Source: Candidatus Saccharimonadota bacterium
Lineage (GTDB): Bacteria > Patescibacteriota > Saccharimonadia > Saccharimonadales > Saccharimonadaceae
DNA: 44,695 nucleotides
Direction of reading: 5' to 3'
Assembly (NCBI GenBank): GCA_017405345.1
Contig: JAFRAP010000058.1
Span: forward strand, 1-44,695
Positions 18,822 to 28,451 of this stretch are shown one piece after another; the first letter of the stretch is position 1; each line of letters starts with the position of its first letter. Made by a program: the position numbers and the translations under genes. The notes under the pieces were generated by a model, which worked only from the letters and a program-made list of their open reading frames with translations, was not told where the DNA came from and made no database searches.

Positions 18822-19426
18822 TGCTCCCCAGCTCTCTACTTCAAGCTATAGAAGCCCTCGGTGCTTTACCGGGGGTCGGCCCGCGCACGGCCGAGCGTTA
18901 CGCTTATTACCTTTTTAAAAGCGACCCAAAGCTCTCTGAAAATATCTCTGAGGCTCTGGCCAAGCTTCACACTGGCGTAAAATCCTGCCCCGTAACCTTT
19001 GCTCTTATAGACGCCAGCGAAGAAGTTTCCCCCCTTTATACAGATAAGCAGCGAGATAAGTCCACTATCTTAGTAGTAGAGGAACCATTAGATATTTTTG
19101 CACTAGAACAAACCAAGGTTTATACCGGAACTTATCATGTACTTGGTGGGGCTATCTCTCCGATTGACGGCATCACCCCAGAGCATCTTCATATCAAGGA
19201 GCTGCTTGCTCGCGTCAAGCAAGATTCTGTAAAAGAAGTCATCATTGCCACTAACCCTTCCGTAGAAGGTGAGTCTACCGCTTTACTTCTTCAGAAATTA
19301 CTGCACGATGAATTTTCAGATTTAAAAATTACTCGGCTCGCTCGCGGGTTACCTCTGGGCGTGGATCTTTCCTACGCAGACCAAATCACCCTCTCTGCCG
19401 CTCTAGAAAATCGCACAGATTTGTAA
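18821..19426 (+). CDS. recR: Recombination protein RecR
   Basis: LPGVGPRTAER, YHVLGG, ATNPSVEGE, RLARGLP. Confidence 0.95.
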   Translation: MLPSSLLQAIEALGALPGVGPRTAERYAYYLFKSDPKLSENISEALAKLHTGVKSCPVTFALIDASEEVSPLYTDKQRDKSTILVVEEPLDIFALEQTKVYTGTYHVLGGAISPIDGITPEHLHIKELLARVKQDSVKEVIIATNPSVEGESTALLLQKLLHDEFSDLKITRLARGLPLGVDLSYADQITLSAALENRTDL

Positions 19427-19444
19427 CCGTGCTATAATATACTT

Positions 19445-20206
19445 ATGGATCCAGTTATTACCGCTAAGCATCTGTCTAAAACTTACGGCAAGAAAGCCCT
19501 TGCCTTTCGTGCATTAAAAGATATAAATCTCACTATTTATCCAGGTGAGTCCGTAGCTATCGTTGGCAAATCTGGCTCTGGCAAGTCCACCCTCATGCAC
19601 CTACTCGCCCTCTTAGACCGGCCCACTGAAGGGCAAATTCTCATTGATGGCTCTAACGCCAGCCAGTTGCGTTCTCGCCAGTTAAATCGCTTGCGTAATC
19701 GCCGCTTTGGTTTTGTCTTTCAGCAATTCTTCATGAATGCCAATGACACCGTCCTAGATAATGTCCTGCTCCCATTGAAAATCGCCGGGCTCAGCCGCTT
19801 TAAACGTAAAGCTAAAGCACTAGATGCATTAAAAGTAGTAGACCTAGAGAATAAAGCCAAGTCTAAGGCCAATGATCTTTCCGGCGGGCAAAAGCAGCGC
19901 GTCTGTATTGCCAGAGCCATCGTTAATGATCCAGAAGTCATCTTTGCCGATGAGCCTACCGGTAACCTAGATTCTGCTACCGGCGATAAAATCACTGATT
20001 TACTCTTTAAGCTTAATCACAAGCATGGCGTTACCCTGATCATCGTAACTCACGACGAAGATCTTGCCAAGCTCTGCAATCGTATCATTCGCCTCTCTGA
20101 TGGCAAAATTATTTCCGATCAAACCGTTCGCAAAAATCTAAAAGTCAGCGCTTCTACCCGTCGCGAAAAAGAGGCTGCTCGCGTCAAAAAGGCTAATAGA
20201 GGATAA
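19445..20206 (+). CDS. ABC transporter ATPase (LolD/MacB type)
   Basis: [25 protein letters not shown]. Confidence 0.93.
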   Translation: MDPVITAKHLSKTYGKKALAFRALKDINLTIYPGESVAIVGKSGSGKSTLMHLLALLDRPTEGQILIDGSNASQLRSRQLNRLRNRRFGFVFQQFFMNANDTVLDNVLLPLKIAGLSRFKRKAKALDALKVVDLENKAKSKANDLSGGQKQRVCIARAIVNDPEVIFADEPTGNLDSATGDKITDLLFKLNHKHGVTLIIVTHDEDLAKLCNRIIRLSDGKIISDQTVRKNLKVSASTRREKEAARVKKANRG

Positions 20207-20207
20207 T

Positions 20208-21515
20208 ATGAAGCTCACCGATCAAATCATCACCGCTAATCACAATCTTTTCCGCAATAAAACCCGTACTTTCTTAACTATTCTGGCCGTATTTATCGGC
20301 AGCTTTACTATTATTTTAAGTAACGCCGTCAATGTTGGTGTAAATGATTTTATTGACAAGCAAGTAGAATCCATCGGCGGAGACGATTTCGTGATGGTTT
20401 TTCCGGCTGCCATGTCAGACCAAATCACCGCCATCACCACTAGCGGCAGCAAAATCACCGAATATAATCCCACCACTGGGTCCGCCCTTACCGCCAGCAT
20501 CACGGATGAGGACCTTACCAAACTTCAAAACGTTGACGGCGTCAAGCTACTAGAAATCTATCACATTCTAACACCAGAATGGGTCACCAGCTCCAAGACC
20601 GATAAGCTCTACACCATCTCCGTAGAATATTTCCCCAGTGACAATGTTAATATGGACGTTCTGGTTGGCAAGATGCCAGATAACAAATCAGATCGTTTTG
20701 AAATTCTTCTAAACGAAGATTACGTATCTGCTCTTGGCTTTAAGGACAATGAGAGCGCCGTCGGAGCCGATATCACCATCGGCATTAAACAGACCGCCGC
20801 TTGCTATACCAGACCTAATGATTGCGTCGCAAAAGTCACCGCCACGGTTACTGGAGTGCAAGCTCCTAGTGTTCTCAGTATGGACGGAGATTTATACATT
20901 AACTCAGCTCTGGATCAAGAGCTTTATAGCCTGTCTATAGCGGGTATACCTAATGAACTTGTTTCTCAAAATAACTTCGTTGCCGTGGGCAATATAGAGC
21001 CAGATAAAATCAGTCAAATTCGCGAGGAATTTCGTGAGGTCGGCTACGAACTAATGACTATAGATGATGAGATCGGCCTAATTCGCACCTTCTTTGACGT
21101 AATTTTAATAGTCTTTAATATCTTTGGTGCTATCGCTTTGCTTGCCGCCTCTATTGGCATTATCAATACGCTCTTTATGTCCGTTCAGGAGCGCACACGT
21201 GAGATTGGTCTGATGAAGGCCATGGGACTAAGCAATGGCAAAATATTCTTTGCCTTCTCGCTAGAGGCCATCTTACTTGGATTCTGGGGATCGGTGATTG
21301 GCATTGCCATGTCTATGCTAGTTGGCTACATTGGTAATGATATCGCCCACCAAGCCTTCCTTTCAGATTTTCCAACTTTCCAACTAGTAGTCTTTGATCC
21401 TGTCCGGATGGGTATCATCACGCTAATTATCATGTTTATTGCCTTCCTTGCCGGCACCTTGCCAGCTCGTCGTGCCGCTCACCAAAACCCCATTGACGCT
21501 CTTCGCTATGAATAA
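20208..21515 (+). CDS. ABC permease, MacB/FtsX family
   Basis: RTFLTIL, SVQERTREIG, PIDALRYE. Confidence 0.92.
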   Translation: MKLTDQIITANHNLFRNKTRTFLTILAVFIGSFTIILSNAVNVGVNDFIDKQVESIGGDDFVMVFPAAMSDQITAITTSGSKITEYNPTTGSALTASITDEDLTKLQNVDGVKLLEIYHILTPEWVTSSKTDKLYTISVEYFPSDNVNMDVLVGKMPDNKSDRFEILLNEDYVSALGFKDNESAVGADITIGIKQTAACYTRPNDCVAKVTATVTGVQAPSVLSMDGDLYINSALDQELYSLSIAGIPNELVSQNNFVAVGNIEPDKISQIREEFREVGYELMTIDDEIGLIRTFFDVILIVFNIFGAIALLAASIGIINTLFMSVQERTREIGLMKAMGLSNGKIFFAFSLEAILLGFWGSVIGIAMSMLVGYIGNDIAHQAFLSDFPTFQLVVFDPVRMGIITLIIMFIAFLAGTLPARRAAHQNPIDALRYE

Positions 21516-22587
21516 TCTAGAATATCGTGTTCCCAGTTTATTCACTGGTGAAGATTTCATCATCCCAGAAGAACATCGCATCTCTCCACGAGATGACGGT
21601 TTCCTCTCATCGTCCCCCTGGCAATTAATGGATTACGAGTATGAGTTAGAATTAAAGGGCAACGCAATTACAGATTATAAAGATCAATTCTATCGCAATA
21701 AAATGGAATATTCATTATTCTGGAGCCATGAGGACGAAAAAATCCACTTGGCCTTTCATTTGCGCCGCAGCTATCGTAAATTCCCAATTAAAACTTCTGT
21801 TCTAGAACGCCCAGAGATTTTTCAACGCGCTAAAGAGATCGTGGATGATTTAAACGCTCGTGGGGAAGAAGCGCGCAAATATCAATCCATTCTGCTGCGC
21901 TGCAATCAAGCTGGCCAAGTTTCTGGTGGACTATTAGAAAAAGGGCAGCCCCACCCCGTCTTCCCTAACCTTACCGATACTATCCTAGGTTACCAGTATT
22001 CCTATTCACCTAACGGATTTTTTCAGATAAATTTACCAGTTTATGAAATGGCGCTCACAGAAATTAAAAAGCACGTTACTACAGACCAAGTCTTAGATCT
22101 TTATGCTGGAGTCGGCACTATCGGACTCTCCGTCGCCCGCGACCACCAGCTAACGCTGGTGGAAACTAACGCCGCCGCCTACGCTGAACTGGAGAAGAAC
22201 TGTGGTAGCGTGGCGCGGGTGACGGCCTCGGAGGGGGACCACCGACGCGCGCAACAAAGTGAGCACGTCGGGGGAGGAGAGGCCGGCAGGACCCGCGCCA
22301 GAATAAGACCAGTTCTATCCAACTCAGAGGATGCGTTGGACTTCATCACCAGTACCACCACCGTAATTCTAGACCCACCTCGCGCCGGCTGCCACCCACG
22401 GCTTCTAGAAAAACTTCTTTCCGCCACTCCACCAGTCATTATTTATCTTTCCTGCAATCCCGTCACTCAAGCTCGCGATTTAAAGATTTTAAATAAAAAA
22501 TATCGCCCCGTCCTCACTCAACCTTATAATTTCTTCCCACGTACTCCGCATCTAGAAAATCTGGTCGTCCTCCACCCAAAAAATTAA
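21508..22587 (+). CDS. RlmD/TrmA-family RNA (uracil-5)-methyltransferase, compact form
   Basis: YRNK, FFQIN, LDLYAGVGTIGL, DPPRAG, YLSCNPVT, FFPRTPHLE; start overlaps the permease stop. Confidence 0.88.
   Translation: MNNLEYRVPSLFTGEDFIIPEEHRISPRDDGFLSSSPWQLMDYEYELELKGNAITDYKDQFYRNKMEYSLFWSHEDEKIHLAFHLRRSYRKFPIKTSVLERPEIFQRAKEIVDDLNARGEEARKYQSILLRCNQAGQVSGGLLEKGQPHPVFPNLTDTILGYQYSYSPNGFFQINLPVYEMALTEIKKHVTTDQVLDLYAGVGTIGLSVARDHQLTLVETNAAAYAELEKNCGSVARVTASEGDHRRAQQSEHVGGGEAGRTRARIRPVLSNSEDALDFITSTTTVILDPPRAGCHPRLLEKLLSATPPVIIYLSCNPVTQARDLKILNKKYRPVLTQPYNFFPRTPHLENLVVLHPKN
22211..22300 (+). repeat. In-frame palindromic element, copy 2 (in the RlmD-like gene)
   Basis: Perfect 10-bp terminal inverted repeat tggcgcgggt/acccgcgcca, 90 bp total; encodes ARVTASEGDHRRAQQSEHVGGGEAGRT. 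Confidence 0.92.
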
Positions 22588-22607
22588 AACAGTGTATAAT
22601 AATATAC

Positions 22608-23423
22608 ATGAATGTGACAATTTTAGGTGCCGGCGCATTTGGCAGCGCCCTGGGTGAAGTTCTAGAGACTAATGGTCATACCGTTAAATTTTACGACCCT
22701 ATTAAATACCCTGACATCCAGCTCGGCGATACTCTCACCGCCGCCGAAGCCCTAATCATGGCCGTACCCTCTCACGCCGTAAAAAAGCTCTTACCCAATC
22801 TACCAAAAGATTTACCACTCATTATGACCACCAAGGGCTTTCTAAGCCTTTCGCCGTTTAAGGATTTTTCAGGGTTTGCTGTAATGAGCGGCGGCACCTT
22901 TGCTGCAGATTTACTAGCCAAGCATCCCACCACCATCACCGGCACCAGCCAAGTCGCTAAGGAGCTTTTTACCAACAACTGGCTAACCGTGGAGTATTCT
23001 GATGACACCCGCGGCGTGCTAATTTGTGGCTCTTTAAAAAACATCTATGCCATCGGCGCCGGGCTAAAAAATTTAGACCGTCACACTCCAGAGTTTAATA
23101 ATTACGCTGGCAACGTGCTTTCAGAGCTTTATCAAATTCTAGAGGCTAACCGTTGTAATCAAGCCACCGCCAATAAGTCTTGCGGCATCACGGATCTCAT
23201 CATTACTTCCACGCCAGCCTCTCGCAACTTCACCTTTGGCCGAGAGCTAGCTAAAAATCCTAATCTCACCCTACGAGACGTCTCCGTCACTACGGAAGGT
23301 TTATTTGCTGCTCACAATATTAATAATACTCCGGACTTTAAAAAACCGTCCGATACCCCCATCTTAGACGAAGTGCTTGACCGTCTCAAGCCACTCCTGC
23401 AAGGGGAAGATGATGCAGCTTAA
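22608..23423 (+). CDS. gpsA: NAD(P)H-dependent glycerol-3-phosphate dehydrogenase, short form
   Basis: GAGAFGSALG, LKNIYAIGAG, GITDLIIT, SRN. Confidence 0.85.
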   Translation: MNVTILGAGAFGSALGEVLETNGHTVKFYDPIKYPDIQLGDTLTAAEALIMAVPSHAVKKLLPNLPKDLPLIMTTKGFLSLSPFKDFSGFAVMSGGTFAADLLAKHPTTITGTSQVAKELFTNNWLTVEYSDDTRGVLICGSLKNIYAIGAGLKNLDRHTPEFNNYAGNVLSELYQILEANRCNQATANKSCGITDLIITSTPASRNFTFGRELAKNPNLTLRDVSVTTEGLFAAHNINNTPDFKKPSDTPILDEVLDRLKPLLQGEDDAA

Positions 23424-26400
23424 TCAAGCCCAGCAGCAAGCGACCGAATACTTAAACGGGCCTTTATTAGTAGTGGCCGGTCCCGGCACCGGCAAAACCC
23501 AGTTATTATCTGCCAAAGTCGCGCACATTTTAACCGCTACCGACACTAACCCAGAAAACATCCTTTGTTTAACTTTCACAGAGAGTGGCGCTACTAACAT
23601 GCGTACTCGTCTGACTTCCATCATTGGCGCTAAGGCCGCCGGCAAAGTGCACATCCACACCTATCACGCCTTTGGCTCAGACTTACTGGCCCAGTACAAG
23701 AATTACTCTACTGAGTTTATCCGTCAGCTAGATTCGCCCATAGACACCGTCACGCAGCACAAAATCATCAGTCAGCTACTAGACGCCCTACCAGCACGAG
23801 ATATTTTAAAGACTAGCAATGTTTCAGACGTAATTGATACTATCTCTGCCGCCAAGTCTGCCCGCCTCAGTGCGGTAGATTTAAAAACCATCGCCGAGGT
23901 TAATCTTGCTGACACCGCCAAGCTCAATCCCATCATCTCACAAATTCTCTTAAAACTCGTACCTCGTGCTAAGTTCACCGTTGCTGTTTCGGATGTTTAC
24001 CAGCCACTCCTAGAAACACTCTCTAAGTTCATCTCACCAACACCAATTGTCGGCCAAATTGAAAAAGAAGCTAATTTCTTAATGCGCGATCTACATACCA
24101 TCATCACCGAAGAGAGCGCTAAGACAAAACCTTCCATCAGCCCACTCACCAGGTGGAAAGACCGCAACTTTGAAAAAACCGCGGATGGCAGCTACCGTTT
24201 AAAAAATCTAGTCGCTAACAAAAAGCTCCTCAGTCTGGCTGGCGTCATGCAGGCCTATGACCAATATTTAAGCGAGCACTGCCTCTTTGATTTTGCCGAT
24301 ATGATTGAGGAGGCCATCAATATCTTAAAGTCTGACGAGGGCTTTCGGCTGACTCTGGCAGAGACTTATCAATATATTTTACTGGACGAATTTCAAGACA
24401 CCAATCCTTCTCAGTTTGAGCTAATTAAACTTATTACCGACTACGAATCGCCCAATATCATGGCTGTGGGCGATGACGATCAAGCTATCTTCACCTATCA
24501 AGGGGCCAACGCTTCTAACCTAATTGATTTACAGAATCATTACCATGCTAAGCAAATCGTATTAACAAAAAACTACCGCTCCACCCAAGAAATTCTGGAT
24601 TTTTCCGAGCATATCTCCACCCAAATCTCCGACCACATAGAAAAACGCCTTGTATCAAATAACCCTAATCACGCTACTTCTAACATTCATCGTCACGAAT
24701 TTATCTCTAGTGACGCCGAATACCTTTGGGTCTCACAGCAAATTGCCGAACTAGTTAAGTCCGGTGTTGCTCAAAAAGACATTGCCGTCATCACTCCCAA
24801 ACATAAATACGTCGCTCCGCTTTTACCATATCTGCGCGCCTTTCCAAACCTTTACATCGCCTATGAAAAGCGCGAAAACGTCTTAACATATCAGCCAATC
24901 AGCCAGCTTTTAATTCTTGCCCGATTCATTTACGAACTAATGAACGAGCAACGCCCATCTCATCGCTTGCTAGAAATTCTCAGCTTTCCATTTTGGGAGA
25001 TCCCACCACTTTCAGCTATTATCACTACTATCACTAAATCGTCTGGTCAAACTCCGCTAGAATTTTTGCAAAGCTCTCCAGACCAAAACATCCAGCAGCT
25101 TGCTGAATTTTTTGCCACGCTCATCACCGTTGGTTACGATGCTCCACTAGAATTATTCCTAGACTATCTCACTGGCTCTGCACCACTGGGCGACTTTCGC
25201 TCACCTTTCATCTCTTATTACGATCGCACCGGAGACGAATTTGAGACCTTTACCCTCTATGAAAATCTTTCCGTTCTGCGCGAACATATTCGCTCTCACA
25301 CCAAAGCCACTCAGCCTAAGTTAAAGGATTTAATTGATTTTCTAGATGATTACGAGGCTGCCGGTGAAGCAATTATTAACACCAGCCCCTACCAAGACTC
25401 CGCTGACGCCATCCAAATTATGAGCGCGCATAAAGCTAAGGGTCTGGAGTTTCAGTACGTCTTTCTCATCTCCACAGACAATCTCTCTTGGGGTAAAGCT
25501 AAAGGCAACAATAACCTTTTAAGTCTCCCTCAGAACCTCATCTCTATCCGCCATACCGGTATCACCGACGATGAGCGCCTGCGCCTATTTTACGTAGCAG
25601 CTACTCGTGCCAAAACTCATCTCATCATCACTAATTCCATTAAAGATTATTCTGGTAAAACTCCCAGTCGGCTAGAATATTTAGCAGAGTACGAAGACGA
25701 GCATCATCAGCTAATCTCACCGTATTTGCCAGAAAAAATCGTCACTCTACATTACGATAACATCCCCGAGCTAGACCGGCGCACTGCCACTAAGACCCAT
25801 TGGATTTCTGCCTACCAAAAGTTAGACCAAAAGCTCCGCCCCACCCTAGAAAAGCGTCTGGAACACTATCGCCTCACCGCCACCGATCTTGTCACCTTCA
25901 CCGATATCGTGTATGCCGGGCCACTAGAATTTTACAAGCGCAAGGTGCTATTTGCCCCGTCTGAGCCAGCCACTGGCGCAGTCCAATTTGGTAACCTCAT
26001 TCACGACACTTTTGAAGCCGTCACTAATCAGCGCCTCACTGATGCTGAGGCCACCGAATTTTTTAAGTCTAAAGCTGCTGAGGTAGCCACCTCTCAAACA
26101 GAGCTAGAGCAGCTTCTAGACCGTGGCCTGGCTAGCTTAGAAGCTTCTCTCGTCAGTTTTAACGATATTTTACGTCACCAAAATGCTCGTGCAGAAGTTG
26201 ACTTTTATCATGAGCATTTACTTTGCCACGACGTCCCTATCACCGGCAAAATAGACCACATCAATCTTGACGAAAAAGCCAAGACCGCCGAAATTTACGA
26301 CTTTAAAACCGGCAATTACCATGCTGAAAAGTGGCAATCTCACGCCACCCTCTTTAAATACGCTCTGCAGCTAGGCTTTTATAAATTATTGTTAAACACT

Positions 26401-26664
26401 TCTCCTACTTATAGTAAATATCAGGTAACAAAGGCCCACATTCTCTTCGTATCTCCAGACGCAGTAGATAATCAAGTTTATGATAAGGTTTATGAGTACT
26501 CTGATAAAGAAGAAGCTGCTCTCATCCAGCTCATCCAGGCCGTTTATCAGCATATCAAATCCTTTGATTATCTAGAAAATCCAGACCTTGCCCTTACCCC
26601 AGATGAGCAACGCACACTGAAAGATATCAAAGCGTTTATCCTTGCAATTATTGGGAAAAACTAG
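23410..26664 (+). CDS. UvrD/PcrA-like SF1 helicase with C-terminal PD-(D/E)XK nuclease
   Basis: AGPGTGKT, DEFQD, VGDDDQ, NYRS, HKAKGLEF, YVAATRAK; C-terminal GKID...DFKTG...QLGFY. Confidence 0.9.
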   Translation: MMQLNQAQQQATEYLNGPLLVVAGPGTGKTQLLSAKVAHILTATDTNPENILCLTFTESGATNMRTRLTSIIGAKAAGKVHIHTYHAFGSDLLAQYKNYSTEFIRQLDSPIDTVTQHKIISQLLDALPARDILKTSNVSDVIDTISAAKSARLSAVDLKTIAEVNLADTAKLNPIISQILLKLVPRAKFTVAVSDVYQPLLETLSKFISPTPIVGQIEKEANFLMRDLHTIITEESAKTKPSISPLTRWKDRNFEKTADGSYRLKNLVANKKLLSLAGVMQAYDQYLSEHCLFDFADMIEEAINILKSDEGFRLTLAETYQYILLDEFQDTNPSQFELIKLITDYESPNIMAVGDDDQAIFTYQGANASNLIDLQNHYHAKQIVLTKNYRSTQEILDFSEHISTQISDHIEKRLVSNNPNHATSNIHRHEFISSDAEYLWVSQQIAELVKSGVAQKDIAVITPKHKYVAPLLPYLRAFPNLYIAYEKRENVLTYQPISQLLILARFIYELMNEQRPSHRLLEILSFPFWEIPPLSAIITTITKSSGQTPLEFLQSSPDQNIQQLAEFFATLITVGYDAPLELFLDYLTGSAPLGDFRSPFISYYDRTGDEFETFTLYENLSVLREHIRSHTKATQPKLKDLIDFLDDYEAAGEAIINTSPYQDSADAIQIMSAHKAKGLEFQYVFLISTDNLSWGKAKGNNNLLSLPQNLISIRHTGITDDERLRLFYVAATRAKTHLIITNSIKDYSGKTPSRLEYLAEYEDEHHQLISPYLPEKIVTLHYDNIPELDRRTATKTHWISAYQKLDQKLRPTLEKRLEHYRLTATDLVTFTDIVYAGPLEFYKRKVLFAPSEPATGAVQFGNLIHDTFEAVTNQRLTDAEATEFFKSKAAEVATSQTELEQLLDRGLASLEASLVSFNDILRHQNARAEVDFYHEHLLCHDVPITGKIDHINLDEKAKTAEIYDFKTGNYHAEKWQSHATLFKYALQLGFYKLLLNTSPTYSKYQVTKAHILFVSPDAVDNQVYDKVYEYSDKEEAALIQLIQAVYQHIKSFDYLENPDLALTPDEQRTLKDIKAFILAIIGKN

Positions 26665-26708
26665 TAAAATACCCTGATAGCACACATTTTATAAAGGGGG
26701 TGATATGT

Positions 26709-26906
26709 GTGAGCATTATTTTTAAAGATGATTTAGGCCGTTCCCATGTATTTAATGATGACCGCTCCGGCTACCAAGCCGCTCAGAGCACGCTTGACTC
26801 TCTGCGTGCCCAGGGCCGCACCATCGCCGACGGACTTCATGACGTTGCACGAGTAGAGCGGTACACCGGTGGGGAAGAACGCAAGTCCACCTTCTCTTGG
26901 TTTTAA
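26709..26906 (+). CDS. Small hypothetical protein
   Basis: AGGGGGTG SD 6 nt before GTG; followed by a terminator. Confidence 0.55.
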   Translation: MSIIFKDDLGRSHVFNDDRSGYQAAQSTLDSLRAQGRTIADGLHDVARVERYTGGEERKSTFSWF

Positions 26907-26917
26907 ATCATCTCCTT

Positions 26918-26943
26918 AAGCGGAGCCACCGGCTCCGCTTTTT
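26918..26943 (+). terminator. Intrinsic terminator
   Basis: aagcggagcc-acc-ggctccgcttttt. Confidence 0.85.
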
Positions 26944-26972
26944 CCTTGTACAATTTATGGTATAATATAAAA

Positions 26973-27932
26973 ATGAACGTTTGGCAAACCCTCCCTTCAC
27001 ATTTTTTAAGCTTAGCTCCTATGGAAGGAGTTACTGATGTGGTGTTTCGGCAGGTTATAGCCAAAGCCGGCCGACCAGACTTATTCTTTACGGAATTTAC
27101 CAATGTGTCTAGTTTTGCTAGCGAGCGTGGCCGCCACGATGCTCTTGCACGGCTAACGGTCGCCCCCACAGATCCGCCCATCATCGCCCAAATTTGGGGT
27201 AAAGAGCCAGCCCACTTCGCTGAACTTGCTGCCGCCTTGGCAGAGCTGGGGTTTTCTGGACTAGATATTAATATGGGCTGTCCAGATCGTCACGTCAATA
27301 AGGCTGGCGGTGGTGCCGCCATGATTAAAACGCCAGAACTCGTCATCGCGTGTATCAAGCAGGCCAAGACCCACACCGATCTTCCAGTGTCCGTTAAGAC
27401 TAGGCTTGGTTTTAGCTTTGTGGAAGAATATCAAACTTGGCTACCTCTGCTACTAGAACAGCAGCTTGCCAACCTCACTGTTCATTTACGCACTCGCAAG
27501 GAGATGTCTAAAGTACCAGCACATTTTGAACTAATCCCAGAAATTATTAAACTACGCGACCAAATCTCACCCAACACCAAGCTCACCATCAATGGTGACA
27601 TTAAAGACCGTGCTCAGGCAGAGGCCATTTGGCAAGATTATCCGGCTGTAGACGGCATTATGATTGGCCGCGGTGTTTTTACTAACCCTTACTGCTTCAC
27701 TACCCATCAGCCCACCCAGGCAGAATTACTAGATTTATTTCATTACCATTTAGATCTTTACGATGCTCGCGCTGCAGAGTTGGCGAGCAGCGGCTCTCGC
27801 TACCCATATGAGCCACTTAAGCACTTCTTTAAAATTTACATCAATAATTTTCCTGGCAGCAAAGAGCTCCGTGCCCAGCTGATGGAAGCCAAGTCCACCG
27901 CCGAGCTTCGCCAGATTCTTAAGAATTCTTAA
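26973..27932 (+). CDS. dus: tRNA-dihydrouridine synthase
   Basis: LAPMEGVTD, DINMGCP, SVKTRLG, INGDI, IMIGRG; start 6 nt after TATAAT. Confidence 0.92.
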   Translation: MNVWQTLPSHFLSLAPMEGVTDVVFRQVIAKAGRPDLFFTEFTNVSSFASERGRHDALARLTVAPTDPPIIAQIWGKEPAHFAELAAALAELGFSGLDINMGCPDRHVNKAGGGAAMIKTPELVIACIKQAKTHTDLPVSVKTRLGFSFVEEYQTWLPLLLEQQLANLTVHLRTRKEMSKVPAHFELIPEIIKLRDQISPNTKLTINGDIKDRAQAEAIWQDYPAVDGIMIGRGVFTNPYCFTTHQPTQAELLDLFHYHLDLYDARAAELASSGSRYPYEPLKHFFKIYINNFPGSKELRAQLMEAKSTAELRQILKNS

Positions 27933-27939
27933 AAAACCA

Positions 27940-27961
27940 TAATAGCCCCGTGGGGCTATTA
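27940..27961. terminator. Hairpin terminator between convergent genes
   Basis: taatagcccc-gt-ggggctatta with an A tract on the left. Confidence 0.65.
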
Positions 27962-27989
27962 CGTCTCAGAACTGGGCGGCCGACTGTTA

Positions 27990-28241
27990 CTAATAGGTCG
28001 CTACATCCCATGCAAGGCTCTTCCCATTAAATTCTAAACGGCACTTGCGTTGGTTAGCCACTACGTCAAAGATATGAATCGCAGTAGTTCCTTCAAACTT
28101 AATGCGAGTCGCGAGCAGTTCGGTTACTTCTACCTCTTTACCACCACTTCTTTTGAAAGATAGTGGCTGACAAGGTGTCATCTCGTAGCCAAACAGCGCC
28201 ATTACTTCAACGCGTTCTGGTTTATCTTGTAATTTTTTCAT
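27990..28241 (-). CDS. Small hypothetical protein, predicted beta-rich
   Basis: AAGGAG SD, own TGCTATACT -10 at 28361-28369, downstream hairpin. Confidence 0.6.
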   Translation of the reverse strand: MKKLQDKPERVEVMALFGYEMTPCQPLSFKRSGGKEVEVTELLATRIKFEGTTAIHIFDVVANQRKCRLEFNGKSLAWDVATY

Positions 28242-28451
28242 AAGCAACTCCTTAAATTAAATTGGGGAGTCATTTATGCGAGCCACAAGTCGGCTCATGG
28301 CTAAGGTTATAAATGACAATAACACATAGCTATTAACTTTTCTCTTTTGCCAGTGACCGAAGTATAGCAAGAGTACTTTCATATTAACATAAACTTTTTC
28401 ATAAATCCATACTTAATATATTTACTTTCTGCAGCATGATATAATAGAGCC

